The position numbers and the translations under genes are program-made. The notes under the pieces were generated by a model. The model was not told the DNA's origin and made no database searches. It saw only the letters and a list, made by a program, of their open reading frames with translations. Below are positions 52,124 through 61,805 of a stretch of 64,000 nt of DNA, one piece after another (position 1 is the first letter of the stretch; each line of letters opens with the position of its first letter). The stretch comes from Actinomycetales bacterium (lineage in GTDB: Bacteria; Actinomycetota; Actinomycetes; Actinomycetales; Angustibacteraceae): assembly GCA_035264765.1 (NCBI GenBank), contig DATFPQ010000268.1, positions 923-64,922 on the forward strand, given 5' to 3'.

Positions 52124-53854
52124 ATGGCCACGCTGCTGTCGGTGAACGTCGGCAGGCCGCGGGACGTCCCCTGGCGCGACCGGATGGTCCACACCGGCAT
52201 CTGGAAGCAACCTGTCGACGGGCCGGTGACGGCCCGGCGGCTGAACCTCGACGGCGACGGGCAGGGCGATCTGAACGGGCACGGCGGCGAGCAACGTGCC
52301 GTGATGGTGTACCAGGCGGACTCCTACGAGCACTGGCGCCGACACCTGAACCGGACCGACCTCGGCTGGGGGGTCTTCGGGGAGAACTTCACCGTCGAGG
52401 GGCTGCCCGACGACGAGGTCTGCATCGGTGACCGGTACCGCATCGGTGAGGCCGAGTTCGAGGTCACCCAGCCCCGAACTACCTGTTACCGGGTCGGGCT
52501 CCGCCTCGGTGACGATCGGATGCCCGCGTTGCTGGTGTCCCACCATCGGCCGGGCTTCTACTACCGGGTGCTGCGGGAGGGCCAGGTCCAGGCCGGAGAC
52601 GACATTCTCAAGATCGCCGCTGGCCCGGGGCAGATCAGCGTCGCGGCAACCGACGCGCTGCTGTACCTCCCGAACGGTGACGTCGACACGATGCGCCGGC
52701 TGCTGACGGTGGACGCCCTGAGCCCAGGCTGGCGGGGCTCCTTCCGTGACCTCGTCGACCAGTCCGACTCTCCACAGACGCAGCCCCTGACGCGACCGGC
52801 CCCGGCCTGGGACGGGTTCCGAAGGATGCGCGCGGTTCGGCTGGTGCACGAGACCGACCTCGTCACCTCTGTGTACCTCCAGCCGGTGCCGGAAGGCGTG
52901 CTGCCCCGTGCCTTGCCGGGGCAGTACCTGACGCTTCGGTTTCCTGGTGCCGGCGACCCCCCGCCGGTGCGCAGCTACTCACTGTCCGCGCCCGTCGTCG
53001 ACGGCTACCGGATCAGTGTCAAGCGCGAGGCCCACGGCCTGGCCAGCAGTTACATCGGTACAACGCTTGTGTCCGGTGACGTCGTGGAGGTGGCCGCGCC
53101 CCGCGGCGAGTTCATCCTGGACGACGGCGACGAGCCGGTGGTCCTGCTGTCGGCCGGCATCGGCGTCACGCCCGTGCTCGCGATGCTGCACGCCCTCGCG
53201 GCCGCGCACACCAGTCGGGAAGTCTGGTGGGTGCACACCACCAGAGGGGTGGCGACCCACGTTCTCGCCGAGGAGGCGCGCCGGCTCGTCGACTCGCTTC
53301 CAGCCGGGCGCAGCAACGTGTTCTACACGTCGAACGACACAGGCCCGGCCGCGACCGGCCTGGCGCGCGGGCGGCGTCTGAACCGGTTCGCCCTCGCCGA
53401 GCTCGGTCTGCCCACCGATGCCACCGCCTACGTGTGCGGACCCACCCCTTTCATGGAGGCGATGACCGCGGCGCTGGCCGACCTTGGTCTCGCCCCGAGC
53501 CGGATCCACACGGAGGTGTTCGCGTCACTGTCGGCCATCAACCCCGGTGTGGTTGCCGGGGACGGAAAAGCGCCGCACGCCCCACCTACGCCGGGGACCG
53601 GGCCGATGGTCACCTTCGCACGCGCCGGGCTCACCGTCGCGTACGACGAGGGCAAGGCGAGCCTGTTGGAGATGGCGGAAGCCTGCAGCGTGCCGACCCG
53701 GTGGTCCTGCCGCACGGGGGTGTGCCACACCTGCGTGACCGCGCTGCTGTCCGGCTCGGTCACCTACGCGCCATCGCCGCTGACCGAGCCGGACGCCGGC
53801 GAGGTGCTCGTGTGCTGTTCGCGACCCGACGGAGCCGTCGTCCTCGAACTCTAG
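52124..53854 (+). CDS. MOSC domain - flavodoxin-reductase-like FAD/NAD domain - 2Fe-2S ferredoxin fusion oxidoreductase
   Basis: ATG at 52124 in ORF 52079..53854. The MOSC segment is GIWKQPV...GDGQGDL..HGG..RAV...GENFTVEGL...FEVTQPRTTCYRVG. The FAD/NAD segments are RSYSLS and LLSAGIGVTP. The C-terminal CRTGVCHTCV motif gives the 2Fe-2S cysteines. Confidence 0.85.
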   Translation: MATLLSVNVGRPRDVPWRDRMVHTGIWKQPVDGPVTARRLNLDGDGQGDLNGHGGEQRAVMVYQADSYEHWRRHLNRTDLGWGVFGENFTVEGLPDDEVCIGDRYRIGEAEFEVTQPRTTCYRVGLRLGDDRMPALLVSHHRPGFYYRVLREGQVQAGDDILKIAAGPGQISVAATDALLYLPNGDVDTMRRLLTVDALSPGWRGSFRDLVDQSDSPQTQPLTRPAPAWDGFRRMRAVRLVHETDLVTSVYLQPVPEGVLPRALPGQYLTLRFPGAGDPPPVRSYSLSAPVVDGYRISVKREAHGLASSYIGTTLVSGDVVEVAAPRGEFILDDGDEPVVLLSAGIGVTPVLAMLHALAAAHTSREVWWVHTTRGVATHVLAEEARRLVDSLPAGRSNVFYTSNDTGPAATGLARGRRLNRFALAELGLPTDATAYVCGPTPFMEAMTAALADLGLAPSRIHTEVFASLSAINPGVVAGDGKAPHAPPTPGTGPMVTFARAGLTVAYDEGKASLLEMAEACSVPTRWSCRTGVCHTCVTALLSGSVTYAPSPLTEPDAGEVLVCCSRPDGAVVLEL

Positions 53855-53905
53855 CGCATGCGCCTGGGCGGGCCTTAAGCTCCAACAGTTGTCAAACGGG
53901 ATACT

Positions 53906-55240
53906 TCAGGCGTGTGCGGGGACCTTGGCGCACAACTCCAGCAACGCGTTGAGGAACACCTCGGAGAACGTCGGGAAGGGCTGGATGACGTCGTTCAGCA
54001 CCTCGAGCGGCACTCGCGCGCGGATGGCAAGGGTCGCCTGTTGCAGCCACTCCCCGGACTCCGGCCCTAGCGCGTACCCTCCCGTCAGGCGTGTCCCGTC
54101 GGAGATCAGAGTCATGAAGCCGGGCTCTGAGTCGTAGGTGCGGGTGTAGGTGGCCGTGCGCGCCACACCGGCGAGCGGCACGGTTACCGTCACCGGTCCG
54201 TCCAGCGCCCCGACGGCGGCAGCTGAAGGGTCGGTGAACACGACCCGAGGGACCGCCGAGTAGTCGGCTTCCCGCGGTTGGCCGAGGATGTTCGCCGCGG
54301 CCACGCGTCCCTGGTACTTGCCGACATGGGTCAGCGGCCAGAGGCCCGTGACGTCACCGATGGCCCAGAGCCCTTCGCCGGCGTTCATCCGTGAGTCGAC
54401 GGAGAGCCGCTCGATGCCCAGCGTCTCGAGGCCGATTCCCTCCACCCGCGGGCGCCGGCCGGTCGCCACCAGCAGCTTGTCGCCGCGCAGGGATTCACCG
54501 CCCGCCAGCTCGACCACGTACTCGCCGTCCTCGAAGCGAACGGCGGTTGTCTCATGGTTGAGATAGATCTCCACGCCGTCGGCGGTGAGCGCCTTCGCGA
54601 GCCCCTCACCCAGCGGCTGCGCCTCGCGCGGCAGCAGGTGGGCCATCCGCTCTACGATGGCTGCCGATCCGCCCATCCGGACGACGGCCTGTGCCATCTC
54701 GACTCCGACCGGCCCGCCGCCGAGCACCAGCATGCGGCGTGGGACCTCCTTCATGCTGGTCGCCTCTCGACTGCCCCAGATGCCGGGCAGCCCGCGAAGG
54801 CCCGGCACGGGCGGGACGAAGGGATCCGCGCCGTTGGCCAGCACGATGTGCCGGGCCCTGTAGGTGGAACCGTCGACGGCAACCCGGCCGGGCCCGTCCA
54901 GCCGGCCGCTTCCACGGATCAGTTCCATCCCCTTGCCCGCGGCCCACGACGCCGCGCCGGAGTCGTCGTAGGACGAGACCATGAAGTCGCGCCACGCGAA
55001 CGCGGCCGCCGTGTCAACCCCGCCCTTGACGGCCTGCGCCGCACCAGGTGCCCGTCGGGCCGCTGCCAGCGCCTCGCCGGGACGCAACAGGGTCTTCGAC
55101 GGGATGCAGGCCCAATACGAGCACTCACCGCCGAGCAGCTGGCGCTCGACGATCGCCACGCGCAGCCCGCCATCGGCGAGGTGGCCGGCGCAGTGCTCGC
55201 CCGGCGAACCCCCGCCCAGGACGAGAACGTCGTAGTCCAT
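53906..55240 (-). CDS. Class I pyridine nucleotide-disulfide oxidoreductase (dihydrolipoamide dehydrogenase / mercuric reductase-like)
   Basis: ORF track. YDVLVLGGGSPGE...GGECSYWACIPSK (redox-active CxxxxC), a second GGGPVGVE motif, and a C-terminal dimerisation region. Confidence 0.85.
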   Translation of the reverse strand: MDYDVLVLGGGSPGEHCAGHLADGGLRVAIVERQLLGGECSYWACIPSKTLLRPGEALAAARRAPGAAQAVKGGVDTAAAFAWRDFMVSSYDDSGAASWAAGKGMELIRGSGRLDGPGRVAVDGSTYRARHIVLANGADPFVPPVPGLRGLPGIWGSREATSMKEVPRRMLVLGGGPVGVEMAQAVVRMGGSAAIVERMAHLLPREAQPLGEGLAKALTADGVEIYLNHETTAVRFEDGEYVVELAGGESLRGDKLLVATGRRPRVEGIGLETLGIERLSVDSRMNAGEGLWAIGDVTGLWPLTHVGKYQGRVAAANILGQPREADYSAVPRVVFTDPSAAAVGALDGPVTVTVPLAGVARTATYTRTYDSEPGFMTLISDGTRLTGGYALGPESGEWLQQATLAIRARVPLEVLNDVIQPFPTFSEVFLNALLELCAKVPAHA

Positions 55241-55399
55241 TGGAGGGCTCCTTCCGGCAGGCGTGTGGTGGCGTCAACGCTGGTGCCTCGGCCGCCGCGG
55301 TCGCGCCCGTGAAAGGCCCTGGTTCTGGGCTCGCAGGACGCTGCGCCGCCTTCGAGGGCGTCCGGGAAGAAGGCGACCTGGACGGCGAGCCAGGTCGTC

Positions 55400-55618
55400 A
55401 CCAGCGCAGGCGCTGGTGGCGGCGGCGAGGTAGCTCAGGTCCGCCGGGCTGCGGTGCACCTCGACGGCCACGCGGTGACTGTCGTCCAGCTCGAGGCCGT
55501 AGACGGCGGCGACCCGCCCGGATCGGAGGAGGACGGCCGACACCTCAGCGGACCGGCGCCTGCGCAGCTGCTCGACCAGCCAGGCGTCGATCCGGTCGCG
55601 ATCGGCGGTCCCGATCAT
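55400..55618 (-). pseudogene. Possible N-terminal remnant of an aminoglycoside/choline-kinase-type phosphotransferase
   Basis: In ORF 55274..55666, MIGTADRDRIDAWLVEQL...AVLLRSGRVAAVYGLELDDSHRVAVEVHR resembles the N-lobe of APH-fold kinases. It then degenerates into Arg/Pro-rich sequence. No catalytic lobe. Confidence 0.35.
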
Positions 55619-55687
55619 GGCTCGCTCGATGCCACTGACGGGTTCACCCCTCACACCGCCCTCCAACCCTGGGGTCAGGGAATGGCA

Positions 55688-56404
55688 TCAGCGGGCCATG
55701 GTGCCCGAGGACTCCTCGCCGCTCGCCACCGCGGCGAGGACGGCGGTCTCCGCCTGGTCGAGGTACGCCTCCATCCGGCTGCTCGCCTCCGGCGGACGTC
55801 GCCCCTCGACCAGGTCGGCGATCTCGATGTTGAGGTCCAGGAACGGGGCGTGCAGCGCCTGGGCATCGGGCACGAGCTGGAAGGCCAGCCGCAGCTCGGC
55901 CAGAACCGCCCGCATGGCCCGGTTGAGCCGCTCGCTTCCGCTCAATGCGGTGACGGCGATATGAAAACGGACGTCGGCCGTGCCGACCTGCTGCCAGTTC
56001 CCCCGCTCCGCGGCTTTCCGGCCCTGCGTGACCGCGGCCCGAAGGTCGGCGAGAGCGTCCGACCGATCCGGACGCAGCAGGGCGGCGCACTCCACGAGCC
56101 GTCGGAAGCTGTAGATGTCGCGGACGTCGGCGGGGGCCAGCCGTCGGACGAAGATCCCCCGATGGGGTTCGTGCACGACGAGTCGCTCGGCCACCAGGAT
56201 CTGGAAGGCCTCGCGCACGGTGTGCCGGGAGACGCCGAACGCCGCCGTCAGCCGCTGCTCGCGGAACGACGTTCCCGACGGCAGCTCGCCCAGCAGGATC
56301 CGCTCACGGAGGATCTCGGCGACGCGCTGTGCGGTGGTGGGCCGCCGGAGGCCGGCACCCGCACCGCTGAGCACGGCCACGGCGTTGAGCGACGGCTGCG
56401 GCAT
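55688..56404 (-). CDS. GntR-family regulator (FadR/FCD subfamily)
   Basis: ATG at 56404 follows GAAGGAGGAG. AQRVAEILRERILLGELPSGTSFREQRLTAAFGVSRHTVREAFQIL is a winged-HTH, followed by a helical FCD-type C-terminal domain. Confidence 0.85.
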   Translation of the reverse strand: MPQPSLNAVAVLSGAGAGLRRPTTAQRVAEILRERILLGELPSGTSFREQRLTAAFGVSRHTVREAFQILVAERLVVHEPHRGIFVRRLAPADVRDIYSFRRLVECAALLRPDRSDALADLRAAVTQGRKAAERGNWQQVGTADVRFHIAVTALSGSERLNRAMRAVLAELRLAFQLVPDAQALHAPFLDLNIEIADLVEGRRPPEASSRMEAYLDQAETAVLAAVASGEESSGTMAR

Positions 56405-56490
56405 GCGGCTCCTCCTTCTGTGCCGAGAACCTTTGCGAGCGTGAACCCCGGTTGCGGGGACGTTACGGTCCAACCCGGGCTCTTGTGTAG

Positions 56491-56501
56491 TTGTTGGACA
56501 A
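56491..56501. promoter_or_regulatory. Candidate GntR operator TTGTTGGACAA (TTGT-N3-ACAA palindrome)
   Basis: Read directly in the 150-bp divergent region between the GntR gene and the DUF969 gene. It fits the FadR-subfamily t.GT.N3.AC.a pattern. Confidence 0.4.
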
Positions 56502-56554
56502 ACCCGTACCTTACCCGGCGTACAGGGTCGGCTGGCTCGGCGAAAGGCGTGACC

Positions 56555-57298
56555 ATGCTGGTACTGCTCGGCGTCCTTCTGGTGATCGTGGGCTTCGCTC
56601 TGCGGCTCAACCCGATGCTGGTGGTGACCGCGGCCGGGCTGGTGACCGGGGCTCTCGGCGGGATGTCGCCGCTAGAGATCCTCGACGCCTTCGGGACCGG
56701 CTTCGCGGGGAGCCGGTCCATCGTGATCTTCTTGCTCGTGCTCCCGGTGATCGGGCTGGTGGAACGCAACGGGCTGCAGGAGCAGGCCCGGCGGCTCATC
56801 GGGCGAATGGCCCGGTTGACCACCGGTCGCGTCATGGCCCTGTACCTGCTGGTGCGGCAGGGCACGTGCGCCATCGGCCTGCTCAGCATCGGCGGCCACG
56901 CGCAGTCGGTGCGCCCCATCGTCGCGCCCATGGCCGAGGCGGCGGCAGTCAAGCGGCACGGCCCGTTGACCGTCCGGTTGTCCGAGCGGATCCGAGCGTT
57001 CGCGGCCGGTACCGACAACGTGGGTGCGTTCTTCGGTGAGGACATCTTCGTCGCAGTTGGAGCCGTGCTTCTGATCACGAGCTTCGTCGACACGACCTAC
57101 AAGCTCACGCTGCGACCCTTGGACGTGGCCCTCTGGGCCGTCCCCACCGCGGTCTGCGCGCTGCTGATCCACGGGTTCCGATGCCTTCGTCTCGACCGCA
57201 ACATCGCCCGCGCGGTCGGGGTCGAGACAGCACGCGGTGAGCGTGCCGGGGCAGCGACGGACCGCGGCTCCGAGGCCGGGGAGGAGGTGCGTCCGTGA
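56555..57298 (+). CDS. DUF969-type membrane protein
   Basis: ATG at 56555, in frame in ORF 55454..57298. MLVLLGVLLVIVGFALRLNPMLVVTAAGLVTG. Multi-TM. The family name is recalled from the conserved DUF969-DUF979-pcp context. Confidence 0.65.
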   Translation: MLVLLGVLLVIVGFALRLNPMLVVTAAGLVTGALGGMSPLEILDAFGTGFAGSRSIVIFLLVLPVIGLVERNGLQEQARRLIGRMARLTTGRVMALYLLVRQGTCAIGLLSIGGHAQSVRPIVAPMAEAAAVKRHGPLTVRLSERIRAFAAGTDNVGAFFGEDIFVAVGAVLLITSFVDTTYKLTLRPLDVALWAVPTAVCALLIHGFRCLRLDRNIARAVGVETARGERAGAATDRGSEAGEEVRP

Positions 57299-58269
57299 TC
57301 AAGGTTGAGTGGTTCTACTGGCTGATCGCCGCGTTCTTCCTCACCGTCGCCTACATGGTGGCCCGCGACCGGACCAACCCCCGCCGGATCACCAGTGCGT
57401 TGTTCTGGGCGCTGCTCGGGCTGTGCTTCCCCTACAGCTCGTTCGTGGTCGCCAAGACGCTGCCGGCGTGGCCTGTCGGGCTCACGGTCGTGGCCATCGC
57501 CTGCATCGCCGGGTTCCACGGCCTGGCCCATGGCACCCAGGAGAAGACCACGAGCCCGCAGGAACGCCAGCGGCTCGCGGACCGGTTCGGCAACAAGCTG
57601 TTCGTGCCCGTCCTCATCATCCCCGTGGTGACCGGCCTGTTCGCCACGTTCGGCACCAAGGTCTCCATCGGCGGCAACCCCGTGCTTGAGCCGCTCAGCG
57701 AGACGGTGATCGGGCTCGGTGCCTCGGCGCTGGTCGCCGTGGTCGTCGGGATGTGGGTGCTTCGCACGCCGCACCCGGCCGTGCCGCTGCACGAGGGACG
57801 CCGCCTGACCGAGAACATCGGCTGGGCCGCGGTCCTGCCCCAGCTGCTGGCCATGCTCGGGCTGGTGTTCGCCACGGCGGGTGTGGGCAAGGCGATCGGC
57901 GACTCCGCCGGGCAGATCCTCCCCAGAGGCTCGCTGCTGGCGGCCGTCGTCCTGTACTGCGTGGGCATGGCGCTGTTCACCATCATCATGGGCAATGCGT
58001 TCGCGGCCTTCCCGGTGATGACGGCGGCCATCGGTTACCCGCTGCTCATCCAGCACTTCCACGGCAACGCGCCGGCCGTCTTCGCCATCGGCATGCTGTC
58101 CGGGTACTGCGGGACCCTGTGCACCCCCATGGCCGCCAACTTCAACATCGTCCCCGTGGCACTGCTGGAGCTCAGAAGCGACTACGCCGTGATCCGCCAG
58201 CAGCTGCCTACGGCGGTTCCGTTGCTGGCGTGCAACATGGCGCTGATGTACGTCCTCGCCTTCCGATAG
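57295..58269 (+). CDS. DUF979-type membrane protein
   Basis: ORF track. The start overlaps the DUF969 stop. About 9 TM helices. Confidence 0.65.
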   Translation: MIKVEWFYWLIAAFFLTVAYMVARDRTNPRRITSALFWALLGLCFPYSSFVVAKTLPAWPVGLTVVAIACIAGFHGLAHGTQEKTTSPQERQRLADRFGNKLFVPVLIIPVVTGLFATFGTKVSIGGNPVLEPLSETVIGLGASALVAVVVGMWVLRTPHPAVPLHEGRRLTENIGWAAVLPQLLAMLGLVFATAGVGKAIGDSAGQILPRGSLLAAVVLYCVGMALFTIIMGNAFAAFPVMTAAIGYPLLIQHFHGNAPAVFAIGMLSGYCGTLCTPMAANFNIVPVALLELRSDYAVIRQQLPTAVPLLACNMALMYVLAFR

Positions 58270-58277
58270 GAGACCCG

Positions 58278-58936
58278 ATGACCCGAGTGCTGGTGACCGC
58301 CTTCGAACCGTTCGGCGGCGAGAAGATCAACCCATCCCAGCAGGCGGCTCAGCGGCTTCTGGAGGGCCCGCGGATCGAGGGCGTCGAGCTCTCGGCCACA
58401 CCTTCCTTCCGGTCGTGTTCGGGAAAGCCATCGACGCGCTCAAGGCGGCGATCGCCGAGCACGACCCGGAGCTGGTGGTCTGCGTCGGAGAGGCCGGCGG
58501 CCGGGTGGCCATCACGCCGGAGCGAGCTGCGGTGAACGTCAACGACGCACCGTTCCCGGACAACGCCGGCCAAGCGCCGGTGGACGAGCCCATCGTGGCC
58601 GGTGGGCCGGTGGCGTACCTGTCGACGTTGCCCATCGCGGACATCGTGAATGCGCTCCGCCGGGCGGGGATCCCGGCCGCCAAGAGCTCCACCGCCGAGA
58701 ACTACGTATGCAACAACGTCTTCTACGGCCTGATGCACCACATCGCCACGGAGCGGCCGGACCTGTTGGGGGGCTTCGTCCACGTCCCCTACGTCCACGA
58801 GCAGGTCCTGAACCGCGTGGACCACCAGCCGAGCATGTCCCTGGACATGATCACCCAGGCGCTTCGGATCACGGTGGAGACGGCGGTCGCGGCGCTTCCG
58901 GCACACCGGTCCGAGCCGGCCAGCCTCGTGCAGTGA
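58278..58936 (+). pseudogene. pcp: Pyroglutamyl (pyrrolidone-carboxylate) peptidase I interrupted by a single -1 frameshift
   Basis: The N-terminus MTRVLVTAFEPFGGEKINPSQQAAQRL...GVELSAT is in the frame of ORF 57753..58535. The remainder, (L)PVVFGKAIDALKAAIAEHDPELVVCVGEAGGR..ITPERAAVN...FVHVPY, is in the frame of ORF 58415..58936. The switch falls in CCTTCCTTCC (58401-58410). Confidence 0.8.
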
Positions 58937-58949
58937 CGCGAGGCTGGCC

Positions 58950-59465
58950 ATGGAGACCTGGGATGCGGTGCGCGCGCGGCGCAACGTTCGCGACTACACC
59001 GACCAGCCGATCCCTCGAGATCAGCTGGAGCGGATTCTGGAGGCCGGCCGACGCGCACCGTCGTCGAGAAACTGGCAGCCGTGGAACTTCGTGGTCGTGA
59101 CCGACCCGACCCAGCTGATCGACCTGGCGAAGGTGTGGCAGCACGCTGCGCACGTCGCGCGGTCTGCGGCCACCGTCGCGCTCGTGGCCGCCGAGCCCGA
59201 GGACGGGATGCACCGTGACTGGCTGCAGTACGACCTCGGGCAGGCGACGGCGAACATGACGCTGACAGCGGCCGACCTCGACATCGGTTCGGGGCACTCG
59301 GCGGTGGCCGACCAGGAGCAGGCGCAGCGCGTGCTCGGCTTTCCGGACGGGTACTTCTGCGTCTACCTGTTGGCCCTGGGCTACCCGGCCGACCGGCCGC
59401 TGCGGCCGCTGCGGCGGCCGGACCGGCGGTCCTTCGAAGAGGTCGTGCACTGGGGTCGGTGGTAG
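58950..59465 (+). CDS. Nitroreductase family protein
   Basis: ORF track. AVRARRNVRDYTDQPIPRDQLERILEAGRRAPSSRNWQPWNFVVV. Confidence 0.85.
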   Translation: METWDAVRARRNVRDYTDQPIPRDQLERILEAGRRAPSSRNWQPWNFVVVTDPTQLIDLAKVWQHAAHVARSAATVALVAAEPEDGMHRDWLQYDLGQATANMTLTAADLDIGSGHSAVADQEQAQRVLGFPDGYFCVYLLALGYPADRPLRPLRRPDRRSFEEVVHWGRW

Positions 59466-59692
59466 GCACGTCGCTCACGACGCCCTGATGGTGAAGGGCG
59501 CCGTGACGACGCGTCCGTCGGCGAGCCGGAACTGGGCCCACAGGCGGTAGGTGCCGGCCGGGCCGGCTGTGGGCCGGGACGTCCTCCGCCCGCATCCGGG
59601 CAGCCGGGACTGCGACGCCTCCTCGGCGCCCTTCCGCCGACCTGCTCGCCGTTGCCGGGCGCGGAGCCCGTGACCGACCCGGCCGACCTGCC

Positions 59693-60637
59693 TCAGGCGC
59701 GCGCAGCGACGTGCGCGGATCTGAGTCCGACGAGCGACACGAGCGCACTCGCGGCCAGCAGCCCCAGACCGAGCACGCCGAACGCGGACGTGATCAGGCC
59801 GACGTCGAGCGGCCCGCGCCCGCTGTACGTCTGCACCATCGTCCCGGCGATGACGCAGCCGTAGCCCGTGGCCCCGAGAGCCACCATCCGCAACCCGTGG
59901 CGCTCGCTGAATCCAGCCGCCATCGACAGGAGCGCCAGCGCCGGCAGGACCTGGATGGCGTGCAGGGTCACCGCGTGCGGCACTTTGAGTGCACCGGCGG
60001 CCCCGAACGTGTTGCCGCCCTCAGTGATCATCTGGACGCCGACGGCCTGACTCACCAGCATCAGCACGAGTCCGGTCCGAATGGCCCACGCCAGGGCCAC
60101 GGGGGCGTCGAGGGCGAGGAACGACCGGACGGTGATGAAGACCGTCAGCAGCACCAGGACGGTGACCAGCGAGCCCATCGCCGAGAACACGATCCCGTCG
60201 AAGGCCGTGTCGTTGTTGAAGTGGGAGGCGACGCCTCGCCACTTCTGCATGGACACCAGGAAGACCTCGGCGAGCGACGCCACGGCGAAGGTCCCGATCA
60301 CGAGCCAACCGACGGACTTCCTCGGCCGCAGGAAGGACATGAACCAGGACACCGTGGCGAGGGTGATCCCGAACGACAGCCCGAACACGACCGGCTTGCG
60401 CCAGGACACCGGACCCTCCCACGGCCCGCCGTCCACCAGGAAGACGCCGAGATGGAACAGCCCGCTGGCCAGGAGAAGGCCGGAACACACGTACGCGAAG
60501 CGCTGGTAGGACGCGGCCGGACGGAACCGGCCCAGTCGTATGAATTCCCGCACGGACTCGCTCAGGACGTCGCCGCTGCCATGCCGCCGATCGACCTCTG
60601 ATCCACGGCCCTGCTGCGCGTGGCTTGGCTGGACCAT
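59693..60637 (-). CDS. Polytopic membrane protein of unknown function
   Basis: ORF track. About 8 TM helices. No family recognised. Confidence 0.6.
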   Translation of the reverse strand: MVQPSHAQQGRGSEVDRRHGSGDVLSESVREFIRLGRFRPAASYQRFAYVCSGLLLASGLFHLGVFLVDGGPWEGPVSWRKPVVFGLSFGITLATVSWFMSFLRPRKSVGWLVIGTFAVASLAEVFLVSMQKWRGVASHFNNDTAFDGIVFSAMGSLVTVLVLLTVFITVRSFLALDAPVALAWAIRTGLVLMLVSQAVGVQMITEGGNTFGAAGALKVPHAVTLHAIQVLPALALLSMAAGFSERHGLRMVALGATGYGCVIAGTMVQTYSGRGPLDVGLITSAFGVLGLGLLAASALVSLVGLRSAHVAARA

Positions 60638-60829
60638 GGTCGTCTCCTCGGGGTTGGCCGGCTCAGCGAAGGGCGTCGGCCCAGACCGAATCCCTCGGCT
60701 GCTGTCACGAGCTCGGTTCCGTGCACCTCCCTGGGGCCCACGCTAGGCCCCCGGAACAGCGCGTGGGGCGGTCCAGCACGGCAGGCACCTGACACCGCGG
60801 ACGGCTCCGGCGGCGGGAGCGGCTCACTC

Positions 60830-61411
60830 TTACGGGGTTGAGTCGCTCCCTTGCCCGGTCGTCCCTGACTGCATACCGACGCCGTGCCGGAAGGCGATGT
60901 CGCCGCCGAGCCATCCGCTGATGCTCACGACGCTGAGGCCGATGGTTGCCAGCCTGCGGCCGAGTGGGCGCCGTCCGCGCTGCCGTAGCACCAGGGACCC
61001 GACGTACAGCAGAAGTGCGGCGTTGTTGAGCGCCGCGTGGACCGCGGTCTCGCGTCGGGCCTGACCGCGGGCGTCAATAAACTGCACCACGCCGGTGACC
61101 GCGGCGGGCAGTGCCCCGACGACGCCGACTCGCAGCGCCGCGTCCGCGATCTGCTCGTCGCGCAGCTCGCTTGTCCGGACGCTGCGCGAGTCGTACCAGC
61201 CCGAGGTGAGCCAGGCCCCGATGGGCCAGGCGACGACGACCGGGTGGAGCGGGTGGCCGAGCCACTCGTCGCCACGAAGCACGGTGGCGACCGGCCTGAC
61301 GGGCGGCCGCTGCACGGCTGAGTGCACCGTGGCCTGGACCTTTTGCGACACCCGGTCCAGAAGGCTTCCGGCGCCTGGCAGGGCCTTGTCGATCAGTGCG
61401 GTGAGCTCCAT
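60830..61411 (-). CDS. DUF2231-like membrane protein
   Basis: ATG at 61411 in ORF 60830..61465. GHPLHPVVVAWPIGAWL...AVHAALNNAALLLYVGSL...GGDIAFRHGVG is the typical DUF2231 helix pattern. Confidence 0.6.
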   Translation of the reverse strand: MELTALIDKALPGAGSLLDRVSQKVQATVHSAVQRPPVRPVATVLRGDEWLGHPLHPVVVAWPIGAWLTSGWYDSRSVRTSELRDEQIADAALRVGVVGALPAAVTGVVQFIDARGQARRETAVHAALNNAALLLYVGSLVLRQRGRRPLGRRLATIGLSVVSISGWLGGDIAFRHGVGMQSGTTGQGSDSTP

Positions 61412-61487
61412 CTCGGTCTCCGTCTCGTCGGGACACAGGTGCGGCGGAGGACCAGGATGGTCCACCCGGGGTGGCTGTCGCTACGCA

Positions 61488-61805
61488 TCAGCCGCCGGCC
61501 ATCGCACCGACCACCATGAAGGGCTCCTGACCCTGCACGACCTGCTCGGGAAGCGGCGTGTCCGGCGGCTGATGGGACAGGTCCTCCTGGCAGGCGAAGA
61601 ACCGCACGAACGGACGCCGCTGTGCCGTCGCCCGGTCGCGGATCGTTCCGAGCAGCATCGGGAAGGCTGCCTCGACGGCGTCGAGCACCGATCGTTGCGT
61701 GACCTCACCCGGGACGACGACGCGGACCTCGTCGTCGACCTTGGCCATCGCCCGCAGGTGTGCCGGCAGGATCACCCGCACCGAGCCGGTCATGGCGTCC
61801 GTCAT
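61488..61805 (-). CDS. MoaD/ThiS-like beta-grasp protein ending in Gly-Gly
   Basis: ATG at 61805 in ORF 61488..62015 overlaps the upstream gene stop (ATGA). 105 aa. [15 protein letters not shown]...[12 protein letters not shown]-stop. Confidence 0.65.
   Translation of the reverse strand: MTDAMTGSVRVILPAHLRAMAKVDDEVRVVVPGEVTQRSVLDAVEAAFPMLLGTIRDRATAQRRPFVRFFACQEDLSHQPPDTPLPEQVVQGQEPFMVVGAMAGG

Noticed and set aside
55274-55666. Intact 130-aa gene
   Set aside because: Only the first ~70 aa look protein-like (kinase N-lobe). The remainder is Arg/Pro-rich and overlaps the promoter region of the neighbouring gene. I treat it as a probable remnant with low confidence.
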